Positions 17,014 to 29,198 of a stretch of DNA of 64,000 nucleotides are shown piece after piece; position 1 is the stretch's first letter; each line of letters opens with the position of its first letter. Made by a program: the position numbers and the translations under genes. Source of the stretch: Pseudovirgaria hyperparasitica (taxonomy: Eukaryota); NCBI GenBank assembly GCA_010093815.1, contig ML996566.1. One strand, given 5' to 3'. The notes beneath the pieces were generated by a model that saw nothing but the letters and a program-made list of their open reading frames with translations, was not told the origin of the DNA and searched no databases.

Positions 17014-17682
17014 GACCATTGTAGGTAAATTCTTGTATTTGTACTAGGAATCGGCATAACACTGCTATTGCATGGCTGTAGGCGTTAAAAAGGATCCGCG
17101 TGGACATGAAATCACGATCGCAGGTTCCAAGGACGGCTGTTGGTATGGTAATATGACCATGGCGTAGACAAGCATTGAATGTATGGTACACAGTAGACAC
17201 AAAAGCGAGAAAATGTTCTGCTCGTTCAGCAAACTAATTACTTCGCTATTGACTTGTGCATGAAAGCGGGAGCGCGAACCTAAAGCAGTCTATGCCGAAG
17301 TAACCTACCTAGACAGATGGTCCGTGCACATGATGAATGCGTTCCATCGTGTAACGTCCAAGATACAACAATAGCTACACCAAGGATGTCTATCAACCTA
17401 GCCACTCATTCGAACGGTAGAATTTTGAATTGAACAATAGCACTAACGATCACTGAATTCATGGCTACGACTCCATGTTCGGTCCCAACGAATTTCGACC
17501 CGCAATGCTGCCGAACGTTGCGCTCTGAACGACTTTCCGGATTCACTTCATGAATATCCCCAACCACCCGCCCAGCCATCTTTTCGCTACACGTAGTAAC
17601 TAACACGCACCAAAAAACTCTGCGACTAAAAATCCTTGTCATCAACACCCACCGAAATCAAATATCCTCAAAATTCTGAAAC

Positions 17683-19458
17683 ATGCCGAAATCTCCACGA
17701 AGCTCGTACACGCCTCCGCCTCCGCGTCCACGGCGGCCCTCTAGAAGATACTCGCCAACCTTTGCCTCGACACCTCGAACGGATGACTCTGGTAGTCACT
17801 CCTCGAGTCAACCATTGAGATCCTCAAGATACAATGGATCTTCACACAGAAACTCCTTTGACAGCCCTTCGCGCCAGCTAATGGAAGAGTTTAGTCAAAT
17901 GATGCTTGATGAAGACCGGACCTTTCAGGCATCTCTAGACAAATTCTTTCAAGAGCAAGAAGTTATCCATCGCGCGGCACTTGATGAGGTCGCATTGGAG
18001 CATGAGCGCGTTCGCAAGTCTGCAGAAGTAGCACGAGAGACGCATGACCTCCAGATCCAGAAAGAGATACGTCGTCGTGAAGAAGAAGCGCAAAAGAAAT
18101 TGGAACGTGCACGCGCAGAAAAAGAAGAGGCTGAACATGCCCGCAAACTTGCAGAGCTGAGAAAGGAAGAGGAGGACCAGAAGAGGGCTGCCGCGAAAGC
18201 AAAAGAGCTTGCCGACGCTGCTAATCGCATCACTGAAGAGAAGTTGAAGCAGTCTGCCGAGGATGCCAGACAGAAATCAGAGAAGGAGGATTTGGACCGT
18301 AGAGTTAAGGCCGCGGCTGAGGCTGCTGCACAAGAGGCTGCTGCGAAAGAGGCTGCTGCGCAAGAAGAGGCTGCTAAAAAGTCCAAACTAGCACAGAAAC
18401 CAACTCCTGGAGCAACAGAAAGTTCTACAGTTCTGGCATCATCACAGTCTGCTGCACAGCAGCTGCAGGTCCGAGATCCCACTAAGCAATGCGAGATCCA
18501 ATCACCCTTCGTGACGAGCAATGCTGAGCGCGAAAGGATTCACCAAGAATATCTTGTCATCCACGGTCAATTGAAAGAGCTGCGGAAGCATGTCGCTGCG
18601 CTTGGAAAGGAAAACAAGGCGATTGGCGAGTTTCGGCGGAAGTTGAAGTCACGGGTCGGCCAGATCACAACTGACTCGAAATCAAATGTCGAAATTCGCA
18701 AACACATCATCGAAATTCTGAAGATGTCCATACAAGACTCTGGCAACGTTCCTCAAGTCGACATCCGGACTTTTGTATCCTCCTCTTCACCCATCTCCAA
18801 GAACCAATCTCCTTGCAACATGCCACTCCTCCTCATCTACTACCTCCATATGCTCTGCAAGTTCGTCTGCAAGCAGTTCTGCGCCGAATCAAACATGGCC
18901 GAGCCCATCATGATCCAGCTCGCCTTCATCTTCTCCGAACAAGACTTCTTCTGGGATGGCGCCTCGCTCATCGACATCCTCCTCGCCAAGTTCCACCGGG
19001 CCTGTCCCGTGCTCTTCGGTATTTACGGCAACGAAGCCACACTCGACGGCCGTACGCGCCTTGGCTGGCAACGCATAAGCGGCGCCTTCATCTCGGAAGC
19101 AGAGCACCGCCGTCGCATCACTGGCTATGCGGGCGGCTACGCCGCGATCTCACTACGCAACTTTTCAAAGTCATCAAGGAAGAACCCACTACCGAATTTC
19201 GAATACTGGAGGGCCATGTCGCGCATCGTAAACACGCCGGAAATCGACATCACGAAGACGCACCTGATTGTACTGCGCGGAATGCTGGAGAGGTACGCGG
19301 AGCGGTTCATCTTGATCTACGGCGAGATGGCCATTGTGGCGATGCGTCATGCTACCAGAGTCTTCCCGGCTCGTGCAGCTGAGCGCTTCCCTGATGCCGC
19401 AAAGGAGGTGTCGTTCTTGCCAGAGCACTTCAAAAAGGATATACGCTTGTCGCTGTAG
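17683..19458 (+). CDS. GLE1: mRNA export factor / nucleoporin Gle1
   Basis: Intronless 591 aa protein with a long coiled coil followed by a GLE1-type domain (SLIDILLAKFHRACPVLFG, GYAAISLRNFSKS..NP). Confidence 0.88.
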   Translation: MPKSPRSSYTPPPPRPRRPSRRYSPTFASTPRTDDSGSHSSSQPLRSSRYNGSSHRNSFDSPSRQLMEEFSQMMLDEDRTFQASLDKFFQEQEVIHRAALDEVALEHERVRKSAEVARETHDLQIQKEIRRREEEAQKKLERARAEKEEAEHARKLAELRKEEEDQKRAAAKAKELADAANRITEEKLKQSAEDARQKSEKEDLDRRVKAAAEAAAQEAAAKEAAAQEEAAKKSKLAQKPTPGATESSTVLASSQSAAQQLQVRDPTKQCEIQSPFVTSNAERERIHQEYLVIHGQLKELRKHVAALGKENKAIGEFRRKLKSRVGQITTDSKSNVEIRKHIIEILKMSIQDSGNVPQVDIRTFVSSSSPISKNQSPCNMPLLLIYYLHMLCKFVCKQFCAESNMAEPIMIQLAFIFSEQDFFWDGASLIDILLAKFHRACPVLFGIYGNEATLDGRTRLGWQRISGAFISEAEHRRRITGYAGGYAAISLRNFSKSSRKNPLPNFEYWRAMSRIVNTPEIDITKTHLIVLRGMLERYAERFILIYGEMAIVAMRHATRVFPARAAERFPDAAKEVSFLPEHFKKDIRLSL

Positions 19459-20145
19459 CGGCTGGTCCACTACGATGATTGAACGGGTCTCTTTACGTAA
19501 GTTCCGATCTTGTCCACAGGTATACTCATATACTGCATAAGCGTCAATCAATGGCAGCGGCAGTCACAGCATGGCGTTTGTGGAAGGGGCCGGAAATAGG
19601 TACGATGCATGAATGAGTCCATGCCCCTCCATAGCGGAAATTCAATAACACATATTTGAACCTTTGATCTTCTGATGCTTTCCATTCGTGGTTCTTGATC
19701 TTACACTTGTCGCATGCTGGTCCAATTGACGTGAATTGCTTTCGTAACGATGCTGTCGACAGCCCTAATTCTCTCCCGTAATGTGCTCATCTCGATGATG
19801 CCGACCATTTCATCCTACCATACTTACCTAGATATATGTACACCCACTCTTACTACTCGCTCGAAATGAACTACCTTCTAAGAATCTCGATCGTATGCGC
19901 CTAGATAGTACTTGTTATCGTTAGTAAGCCATCAGGCTTACCTAAGCCTCCATTGTAACTACGTACTACCTAATAGTATATATAATTTTCTGAATTACTA
20001 GGGTATTTAATTATATCACTCAAAAGTTCATAAAGGTCGTACGATTATAGGCAGACGACGAATAAAAGAAAGGTCATAGATCCTCTGCTAGTCAGGGTCT
20101 CTAGAATCCTAAACAGGAATCTATTCCTTTTTTCATGCACATCCA

Positions 20146-21399
20146 ATGATGCACTCACGTATCCGCCCAATTCTATCGTCTATACGGCGAAGTCCATTAA
20201 GGTCTATGTCTTCTTACGCTCCTGGATACGTTCTCACTGGCTCCCAATGGAACTACCGCATTGTAGACAAGGTCTCGGGAGATAACACGCACAAGTCTCT
20301 TACATTCAAAGCCGAAGTCATTCCCCGCGATGACGCTCCCAGTCCTCCACAATGGTCCGTTATTTTTTAGTTGAGATTTCTCTAGACTCTGCTGGAAGGC
20401 TGACTCTTTGATACAGGGCTCTTATCAAAGGAGCAGCCGTTAGCGATGCAATTGCCAGGGAAAACTTGGACCGAGAATGTGGAAACTACAGACTTCCTGG
20501 TGTCGCTGAGGCGGCGTGCTTCCGGAAGCTTTACGATGTGATCGATACTGCTGACAGCGAGAAGTATATCGCGTTGGAATGGCTGGATACTACGCTCGCA
20601 CAGCTGACATACCGTCCTGATATGCGCACCTATACCATTATCAAGACATTCTTAGAGGCGGCGCTGAACAGCTGCGTCGTTCTAGAAGCCCAAAATCATG
20701 TCAACACAGGTACGTAAAATACCAATTTCTCTTGAAGAGCAAAGCAAACAAGAATCCGCTAAATCAACATGGATAGACATCAAACCGGCCAACATCCTAC
20801 TCTCCAGCACCGAGACTGACACGATCACCGCCAAGATTGGAGATTTGGGTCTCGGTAAGCAAAATTTCAACAAACGACAACAACAAGCACGATTCTTCCA
20901 CTAATTGCTACTCACAGTCTTCCCCGCAGGCCGCCGTTTCGAAGCCCAACCCTTCGCCATGCGCGCCCCCGAAGTCCTCCTCTGCGAACCCTGCACCGCC
21001 CCCTCGCAAGTCTGGGCCACCGCCGCCACGCTCCTCTCCTGGATCAAGCCCGGCATCCTAGGCGCCTTCGACAGCCCGCATTTCCTGCTTCACAAGGCGT
21101 GGTCCATGGCCAAGATCAAGCGGCTCTTTCCCGAGTGGTATATCCCGACGCCCGACGAGGTCGAGGGCCATTCGTTCAAGGCGACGGTCAAGTCTGCGGC
21201 GCGGATCAGTCGGGAGGAGCCTGAGATGCGGGCGATAGCGCCGTTGGAGGAGGAGTTGCGCGGGGTGGAGATGCTACCGCGGGAGATTGGGGAGGTTTTG
21301 CGGCTTGTGCTTGTGGTTGATCCGAGAAGGAGGCCTTCTGCCTCTGAGGTGCTGGCGTCGAAGGAGTTTCGAGCGCTGGAGACGTTTGTTGGCGTGTAG
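20146..21399 (+). CDS. Atypical Ser/Thr protein kinase-like protein
   Basis: Four exons (introns ~20355-20416, 20710-20776, 20855-20917). Motifs ALIK, VNT|DIKPANILL, KIGDLG, MRAPEV and DPRRRPSA. Confidence 0.8.
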
Positions 21400-22165
21400 T
21401 TTGGTTGGGCGTCGAGATTCTATATCTGGTTCATTTGTTTCTGTATTATTAGTAGTTCTGAGATTGTAGAGTACTCACTCTCTTGTATACTAGCTTATGT
21501 ATTCTAGCTCTACTCAATACTATTGTTAAACTCTTCTATAGGTGAAGAGTAATCCCAGGTCTATTACAGACACGCGTAGCAGACACGTAGTCACGTGTAG
21601 CTTATGAGTACACTCTATTGGCACCAGTAGGGCCGGCCAGTACATGGAGATAATTTGAAAAGAAAATTACATCTCAAAAGTGTACAAGTATCTTATGATA
21701 TCTTCGAGAGAATGGATTTTCAGAGATAAAAAATCTACAGATTCTTAAGAAAGAGGGTGATGTATTTTACGCGCGCGACGCGTGCTAAAGAGGTGCGCCG
21801 AGAAAGTTGAAAACTAATTAATGAGGGTGCGTGGAAGCCTGCCAATACAATTCATCTATACCTGTATACGCACGCGTTCGCCTCTCTGTCCTTAGCATTA
21901 GCTCCAATGAAAACTGTCAATCAACCTCGGATGTCCGCCTCTGAGCGCCATCATTTGGTCACGGCAGGCAGCCATGCGCAGAAGTCGTGTATGGAGCCTG
22001 TTGAAGTGGCGAATACGTCCGACCTACTGTCTACAAAGCCCGTTGAAAGTGTAGACACTGTAAGCTCTAGCAGATATAGCATATATTTCATTCAGTCTCA
22101 TCGAATCTCCCTGCTCCTGTCTGCTTTTCTGTTCAAGCTGTGGCCCTATTAACCGCTAGAAACAC

Positions 22166-23077
22166 ATGGCGCATCTTCCTACGGATCCGAGGGCGATACT
22201 CTCACATCTACTTTCTGCTATCACTGCACCGGAATCAAGACATTTCGATCGATATGGAGAGTTCAGTAGAAGGAATGAGGGAGACTTGGAGCAGCTACTT
22301 TACTCGTTCCTCCGACCTGAGTTGATCAGACTCTTCCAAACACGAAGAGTGAATCCCAGGACCCTACAAGCCCTCCAACCAAACACCGAATACCCAAAAA
22401 CAGGCGTCTACTATCACAGCATCTTTGGCCGCGACCGTCACCATCGCGCCTACATCGGCCAGTCAACCGACATGCCCACCCGCATCAAGAAGCAACACAT
22501 GTACTTCCGCTGGCGGCGCGACCACCCCTCGCTCCACTGCCACGCCTTAGAAGACTCCTCCTACGACACCTATATCATCATCGCAGTCATCCCAAACCCA
22601 CAAGCTTACACCGCGTCGGATCTGAGCTTGCTCCTCAACTTACTCGAGATGTGGTGCTGTCTGCTCTTCCAAACGCTCCCGAAAGGTCTGCTCCGGGAGT
22701 ATCTACCTGGGGAAACGGCTGTCGCTGCGCGGGATTTCGAACATCTGAATGTCGCTTTGCCGCTCGATCAAGGTGATACGGGTGTTTATCATGACGTTGA
22801 GGAATTAGCGAACTCGCACGATCGTCTCGTTCGCTCCTATTACCAGAGATGTCGCTCCAGTGTGCCGCCTGCGCAGCATGATGTCCCTGATACGATAGCT
22901 TCGCTGCCGAATTGGAATCGCGGCGTGTTGGCTGGAGGCTTGGTACTTGCCATTGCGATGTCGTTGCTTTTGCAAAGACGCACTCTCCGACCTTCTCGGT
23001 ATGAGACTCCGTTTGGGAGAGGACTTGGCTCCCTCGGCAATTATCTCTTCCAGAGGTTCTGGCCTCTCAGGCCTTGA
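22166..23077 (+). CDS. Hypothetical protein with GIY-YIG nuclease-like motif and C-terminal hydrophobic segment
   Basis: 303 aa ORF with TGVYY-x12-YIGQS-x5-R..QH, later LNLLEMW, and GVLAGGLVLAIAMSLLL near the C terminus. Confidence 0.65.
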   Translation: MAHLPTDPRAILSHLLSAITAPESRHFDRYGEFSRRNEGDLEQLLYSFLRPELIRLFQTRRVNPRTLQALQPNTEYPKTGVYYHSIFGRDRHHRAYIGQSTDMPTRIKKQHMYFRWRRDHPSLHCHALEDSSYDTYIIIAVIPNPQAYTASDLSLLLNLLEMWCCLLFQTLPKGLLREYLPGETAVAARDFEHLNVALPLDQGDTGVYHDVEELANSHDRLVRSYYQRCRSSVPPAQHDVPDTIASLPNWNRGVLAGGLVLAIAMSLLLQRRTLRPSRYETPFGRGLGSLGNYLFQRFWPLRP

Positions 23078-23741
23078 CATTCCCCGTCCGGCAACATTAC
23101 TTGCCTTCGCGTGCAGCAGCTTGCCCCGTCTGACCATATCTACGGCAACCCTGGATCCTGCAGCACGGCCAGCTGGAGCTATCTGCGGCAGATACTTTTG
23201 CAGTGTGTGCAACCTATTCGTACATGGGGAATGGTATGATATCATCGTTTCCAAGGTCCGGCTCTTGGTATTGGTATTGGGTCTTGACGACACATGATGG
23301 AAACAGGAGAAGATAGCGATATAACAGGAGTCGTATCTCATCCGCAAGACCGAGAACGGCATGTAGTTGCGGCTTTGCCAAGGTAGATGTAGCTCTCGTA
23401 TGCGGCGTAGTGGCGTCACGGCGTTGGTTCTGTCGTTCGATCTCGCTGGTCTGTTTGAGCCAAGTTCGTGATAGCGAATTAGTTGGTAGTGGATAAGGTA
23501 AATGTACTCTGGAGCCTCTACTCACTTGTAGATTACTTGCTTATTTGGAGAAAGTAGTAGTTATTATGGGTCATCAGAAGTTAGATATGGTACAAATTGA
23601 GCCTAATTGTACAGACGTTATTACATATATGTTACACTAATCCCCCTCTGGCTGCGAAAGACTTTGATTTTTGATCGAGGGCAGAACTCGCAGCGAAATC
23701 TTTTACGACAGAACCTGTCCTTCTATCCTCCTCTCCTTCGT

Positions 23742-25473
23742 TTACTTCCTATGAATGACATCAATCGCCCCTTCATGCTGAAATCGATCGCCCAAAACAA
23801 CTTTTGTAGGGAATCCAATAAGGTCCGCATCGCGCAATTTCCAAGCCACAGACTTGTGTGGCCGATCGTCAATGACCCAATCGACCCCGGACTTCGCCAT
23901 AACATCATCATAGTACTTTCGAGCAGCATCCATGAACTCAGGCTTCGCTATAATCACGCCATGGAACGGCGCAATAGCTTCCGGCCATGTCAGACCTCGC
24001 TCGTCGTGGCAAGCAGCAGCAATCGCACCAATGAGGCGGCTGACTCCAATGCCGTGACAACCCATTTGCAGCGCCTGTGGTTTGCGCTCGCCTGGTAGGA
24101 GTACCCTTGCGGCGAAGGGTTCGCTGTAGCGTGTTCCCAGGTGGAATGTATGCCCGACTTCGATGGCCTGTTGGGTGCTTAGCTTCCCGTCTGAGCATTT
24201 GGGGCAGCTATCGCCGTCCCGGGCCCGGGTGAGATGAAGGGGTTTGTTGTCGTGAGACTCTAGAGAGAGTGTTGGGACGCGTATGGGAGGCTGTAAGGCC
24301 TGTGCGCGCATTGCTGCGACGCGGTAGTCGTAGATGTGGACGACTGAGCATTCGGATGCCTCGCTGTTCCACATCCTTTCTACGTTGGTGCTGGGATCAA
24401 GTGCGGTGTCGAGCTCTGGAAAGACGGACTTCACTGCGCGGAAGTCTATGTGGCTGTAGCTCGCTGGCGACTGATCAGATGGCTTCGTAGCTTCTTGTTG
24501 GCCTGGGCCAGGCACAAATACGTAGACGAGACTCTTCCTGTCACGGCTGATGCCAGTCCAGTGAGATATACTGGGAGGAGATGCCGTGTCGTGATCGCTT
24601 GATCGTGTCACCTTCTCCACCACTTCCTCGTTGGCTGTATATTCGCAATTGTTGCAGATGAACAGCTTATCTTCACCGTCCGGAGACAGCATGTGAAACT
24701 CATGGCTCAGTTTGCCGCCCATGTTACCAGAGTCAGCAAAAGCAGCGCGGTAGTCGAGGCCGAGCTCATTGAACAACGACTTATATGCTTCTACGACATC
24801 ATTATACGTCGCCAATGCAGCAGCCTCGTTTGCATCGAACGTGTACAGGTCTTTCATGATGAACTCCTTGGCCCTAAGTAGTCCCTGACGCGGCCGCTTC
24901 TCGTCCCGATACTTTCTCGAGACTTGGTACAGACGCAGCGGAAAGTCCTTGTAGGACCGGCAAAGGTCCGATACCAGAGCCGTAATCTCCTCCTCATGAG
25001 TCGGCGCAAGCAGGAATTTCGAATCCCTATGATCCTTGATCTTGAAGAGCTCCGAACCGTCCTCGTAGCGTCCGCTCGTCTTCCATAATTTCTCCGTCGT
25101 GATGGACGATAGAGAGAGTTTGGACGCGCCAAGGCCGGTCATGTGCTTGTCGATGAGTCCCTCTAGCTTGCTTAGAACGCGGAGGCCGAGTGGTAAGAAA
25201 TGGAAGAGACCGGAGCGGGCCTGTCGTATGAAGCCAGCTTTCACTAAGAGGGCAACGCCCTTTCCTTGCTTCTCGATGGCATCGTCTATGCCGCCGGTTG
25301 GAATGAAGAAATTTGATAATCGAGTACGGCCATCAGTCTAGATGCATATTAGGTAAGTCAGCGCCTCAAGCTTGTATGCGTACTGTGTAGCTTCTATGAG
25401 AGAAGCCTGTGACTTTTGTTATTATATTCGAATGCCTACGAGAACTCTGGAGGCATCTCAAAAGAAGTGTCAT
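23742..25473 (-). CDS. AIM10: Mitochondrial prolyl-tRNA synthetase
   Basis: Motifs LAPTHEEEIT, YRDEKRPRQGLLRAKEF, EVGHTFHLG and MGCHGIGVSR. Upstream exon MTLLLRCLQSSRRH (presequence-like) is joined by a GTACGC..TAG intron at ~25338-25383. Confidence 0.92.
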
Positions 25474-25852
25474 TATCTCCCATCCACCACAAAAACTCAG
25501 TAATAAATGATACAATGAAACATACGAAACAGAGGAAGAAGGTGAGAGTAGCGGTAGATGGGAAATTACTAAATGTATTCACACTACTTGCAGAGGATAT
25601 AGGTGACTTATATTTGTTAGGGACAAATAGTGACTAGCGCAAACCATAGCCCTATCCATGTTCGTTAGAGAAATGAATCCATGCATGTCGTCCTACCGAA
25701 GTTCTACCGCAGGAAATTGACAAACGACGAAACTCTGTAGATAGATAACCTCACAAACGTTCGTCAATTCGCGCCAGCGGATTGTCGTTGATATGTTAGA
25801 CATCCTTCCTGAGAAGATACATCCAATGCTAATCTGATCTCAGATACCCACC

Positions 25853-26872
25853 ATGCCGCCACGAATACCTCTCAGTCCGCAATGCTCCCCTGTCGCCCGC
25901 ACACGACTCCCATCAACACCACAAAGATGTCACTACGCATACCTCGCAATGCCAAAAGCACCCGAACTCTCCTTCGAGCAAATGGCACAATCCGTCTCCC
26001 CAACATCGCACTACCCGCCCACGCAACCCCCCTCCCACAAGCCCCCGGAGTACCGCAAATCCCAGCTCCTCCGCCAATACACCTCCCTCCTCCGGTCCAC
26101 ACCACTCATGCTCCTCTGGCAACACAACAACCTCCGCGCGATCGAATGGATGAGCATCCGCCGCGAGCTCAGCGTCGCCCTCGCCAAGGTCGACGCCCAG
26201 CTCTCCACCCCCGAGAACCCCATCTCCTACGCGCCCGCCATAAAGCTGCAGATCGTAAAGACAAACATGTTCAAGCCCGCGCTCAAAATCGTGCATTTCT
26301 ACAAGCCCGACGCACTGGCAACGGACCCGGAGTTGGCCAGCTCGGCGCAGATGCCGCATGCCAGACTCCCGCCTGACGACCCGTCCTGGACACATTCGCT
26401 CTCGCGTAATGCGCATACGAAGACGTTCCGGAAGAAGTTGCCTCAGGGGATGGAGACACTGCTCACGGGCCCGGTTATGTTGACGAGCTTTCCAGCCGTG
26501 TCGCCGCAGCATCTTGCTGCGGTGCTGAGTGTGCTGTCTCCATCGAAAGACTTTCCGGCGCCGAAGAAGCGGACGCGGCCGTCGTACTATGATGCGCATG
26601 TGCAGTCTGGGCTGCAGAAGTTGTTCCTGCTAGCGGCGCGGGTGGATGGGAAAGTGTTTGACGAGGCGGGCGTGAAGTGGATTGGTGGCATTGAGGGTGG
26701 GCTTGATGGGCTGCGAGCGCAGCTTGTCGGGATGTTGACGAGTATTGGGTCGCAGCTTACGAACACGTTGGACAGTGCAGGGAGGAGCGTGTATATTACT
26801 ATGGAGGGAAGGAGGATGGCGATGGAAGAGGAGCAGAAGGGAGGTAATGGAGAAGAAACAAGTTCGTCTTAG
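25853..26872 (+). CDS. MRPL11: Mitochondrial ribosomal protein uL10m
   Basis: Motifs RKSQLLRQYTSLLRS, QHNNL..EW..IRREL and GGLDGLRAQLV. Basic N terminus. Confidence 0.88.
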   Translation: MPPRIPLSPQCSPVARTRLPSTPQRCHYAYLAMPKAPELSFEQMAQSVSPTSHYPPTQPPSHKPPEYRKSQLLRQYTSLLRSTPLMLLWQHNNLRAIEWMSIRRELSVALAKVDAQLSTPENPISYAPAIKLQIVKTNMFKPALKIVHFYKPDALATDPELASSAQMPHARLPPDDPSWTHSLSRNAHTKTFRKKLPQGMETLLTGPVMLTSFPAVSPQHLAAVLSVLSPSKDFPAPKKRTRPSYYDAHVQSGLQKLFLLAARVDGKVFDEAGVKWIGGIEGGLDGLRAQLVGMLTSIGSQLTNTLDSAGRSVYITMEGRRMAMEEEQKGGNGEETSSS

Positions 26873-27106
26873 GTTGAGTGCAGGGCGTGGACTCAGCTTG
26901 TATCATATCATATACATAGACGACCTTATATGTACAAACTCGATTTATCGATCGAACAAATCTTTCACTAGGTATATTATTGTGTCAGAAGCTCGTGTTG
27001 ACACTGTCTATAGTCCTGGGTATCATAAAAGCAGTACGCAAGCTGAGGCAGACATGCAGATAAACGCTATGAGCCAAATCATGGCCAAGAATTATGTGGC
27101 GTTTAC

Positions 27107-28706
27107 CTACTTGTCATCTGCCCTCCTACGTTGCCGCGTCTTCTTTGCAACAGTGGCCGGTTCATCCTCCTCTTCGTCTCGTCCCTTTATTAGGTCGTCG
27201 TCTAAACCCCATTCCTCCTTGTCGTACCAGTCCTCGCCATCGCTCATTTCACCAATATGGCCCTCTGCTTTACACCAAGCAAGCACATCTTTCCTCATGC
27301 GATTTGCCTTGACTAAATCAGCATTTAGTTCTTCGGAGCATCTGACAATCTCTTCGTGTTTTTGCACAAAGATGAGTAGACATTGCCGTGTTTCTTCTGC
27401 TTCTTGGGGCGGTAGTCCGAAATCAGTATCAGGGAGTATATCTGTAGGGAAGTCGAAGAATGGATGTATGGCTGGAATCGAATTTGGCGTCGTAGGGGGT
27501 GAGGGATCCTCTACTTGCGCACGAGCGCGAGTAGTCATACGATGTGTAGGCTGTGAGCCGGAGTCGTCATCAGCATCGTCTGCGGGCGAAGCCTGATTAC
27601 TGCCTTCTGGAGCAGTTGATTCTTGCGGTTGTTCACCATCGACAGCTGCTCCACTTATTGTCGAAGGAGTTTCCGTGACAGTGCCGTTGACGGTGTCCTC
27701 GCTCGTGAGCTTCACAACAACCATTCTGTCTGATGTAGCTGTCTTATGGTCATTCGGGGTCTCTACTCCTTTTACATCTGCCATGTCCACATCAACGATC
27801 GCATTGTGCACATGACCGTTGGTGGTCTGGGCAAGTCCCCGCTCGAGCCCATTTGATCGAATGGGTGCTGGCGAGTCCGATTTCCGTCGTATTGATCCAT
27901 CTACGGAGCCTCGACCATTACGAAATTCGGTGCGCGTTCTTGACAAGTCACCGTATGGAGCATTCAAGAAAAGCTCATCGTAAGCGGTTCCAATCTCGCC
28001 GCATGGTATCCAGGTAATGTCGCCTCTTATTGTTTGTAGAGCATTCTTAGCTTCCCATAGCGAAGCATGTTCTCTGCGCATCAAGCGCTCAGATTCTTCG
28101 GTAAGTGTACTCAGGTGTTTCGAAGTGTAGGCTTCTGCCATGCTAGGATGGTCTGGTAGAGCGGCGGCAGACGTTAGGGGAGCGAGAAGATCTGGCAGAT
28201 TCAGTGAGCGGCGATGAATCCTGCATAGTGCCTTGTGACATACGTTCTAACTTGATCTCGCCATATGGATTGTCTTCATTTGGCGACAAGTCCGGATCGC
28301 TCTCTTCATACTCGTCGTCTTCGACAACATCTCCATCGGCATCAAATTTGAGTGGATTTAAGCCCAAAACGTTTCGGTGATAGCCACCGTGTTCGATTTT
28401 CTGTTTGCGTGCTCATTAGCATTGAGGGATAATATTGCTAGAAACTAGAACACCCACTCTTTTCCAAGCCGGAGGACCGTCAATGCCAGCAGCACCAGGC
28501 TCTCGCGTGTACCGAGCTTTGCGTTTGAGATTATAAGAGCGTCCCATATCGGGCAGGTTGCCATCATCGGAGTCGGTAACTGTGAGGTGTAGCATTTAGC
28601 TGCGAACGCGGCAGGCCGAGAGACTTGACGTACGTTCTGCCTTTCTTCGAAGCGCAGATTTCAGACCCGAGATGGCGATAGCGAACTGCGCTTGTTGTGC
28701 AGCCAT
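27107..28706 (-). CDS. RXT2: Rpd3L complex subunit Rxt2
   Basis: MAAQQAQF..LKSALRR start, ENPYGEIKLE|DLLAPLTSAAALPDHPS and HIGEMSDGEDWYD. Three introns. Confidence 0.85.
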
Positions 28707-29198
28707 GTTGGACTGTGTGCATAGGAATATGCGAGAGGTGAAGGAGGTAGAGCGCAAGTGTTTGCTGGTGCAGTGTAGAGCTTTGAAGTAAAGTGAGTGT
28801 GGGAATGCGGAGAGAAGCCGGCACGCAGCTTCGCGACCGTCCATCCCGTGGAATAGGTGACCACATCCTTGTACCTCACTAAGCCAGTCTCGGCCTAGCG
28901 TCTCGGCCGTGATTCTTCAAGGTTTAGGGCAACTCTCAAACGCCTTTGCACGTGTACAGCATTGGAACCTCCTGCAGGCGGATATCATATTCGTGGTGCC
29001 TCCTCTATCAACAGACGCCGTCGATACGAAGAGCGTAGATTGCAGGACGTGACAAGGCGCAGATTCACTGTCTCAGGACTGCCGTGCCAAATGTTCGTTC
29101 TGCACCATATCGATTACCGGATACGCGTCAACTTCAGGGCAGACTCTGGAGAGGTCTCAAGCCGTTAATGGCTTAGAAGGCGCAACGACTCTGGGACA

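Noticed and set aside
22805..23419. 204-aa - strand ORF overlapping the GIY-YIG-like gene
   Set aside because: No motifs; partly antisense to a better-supported ORF.
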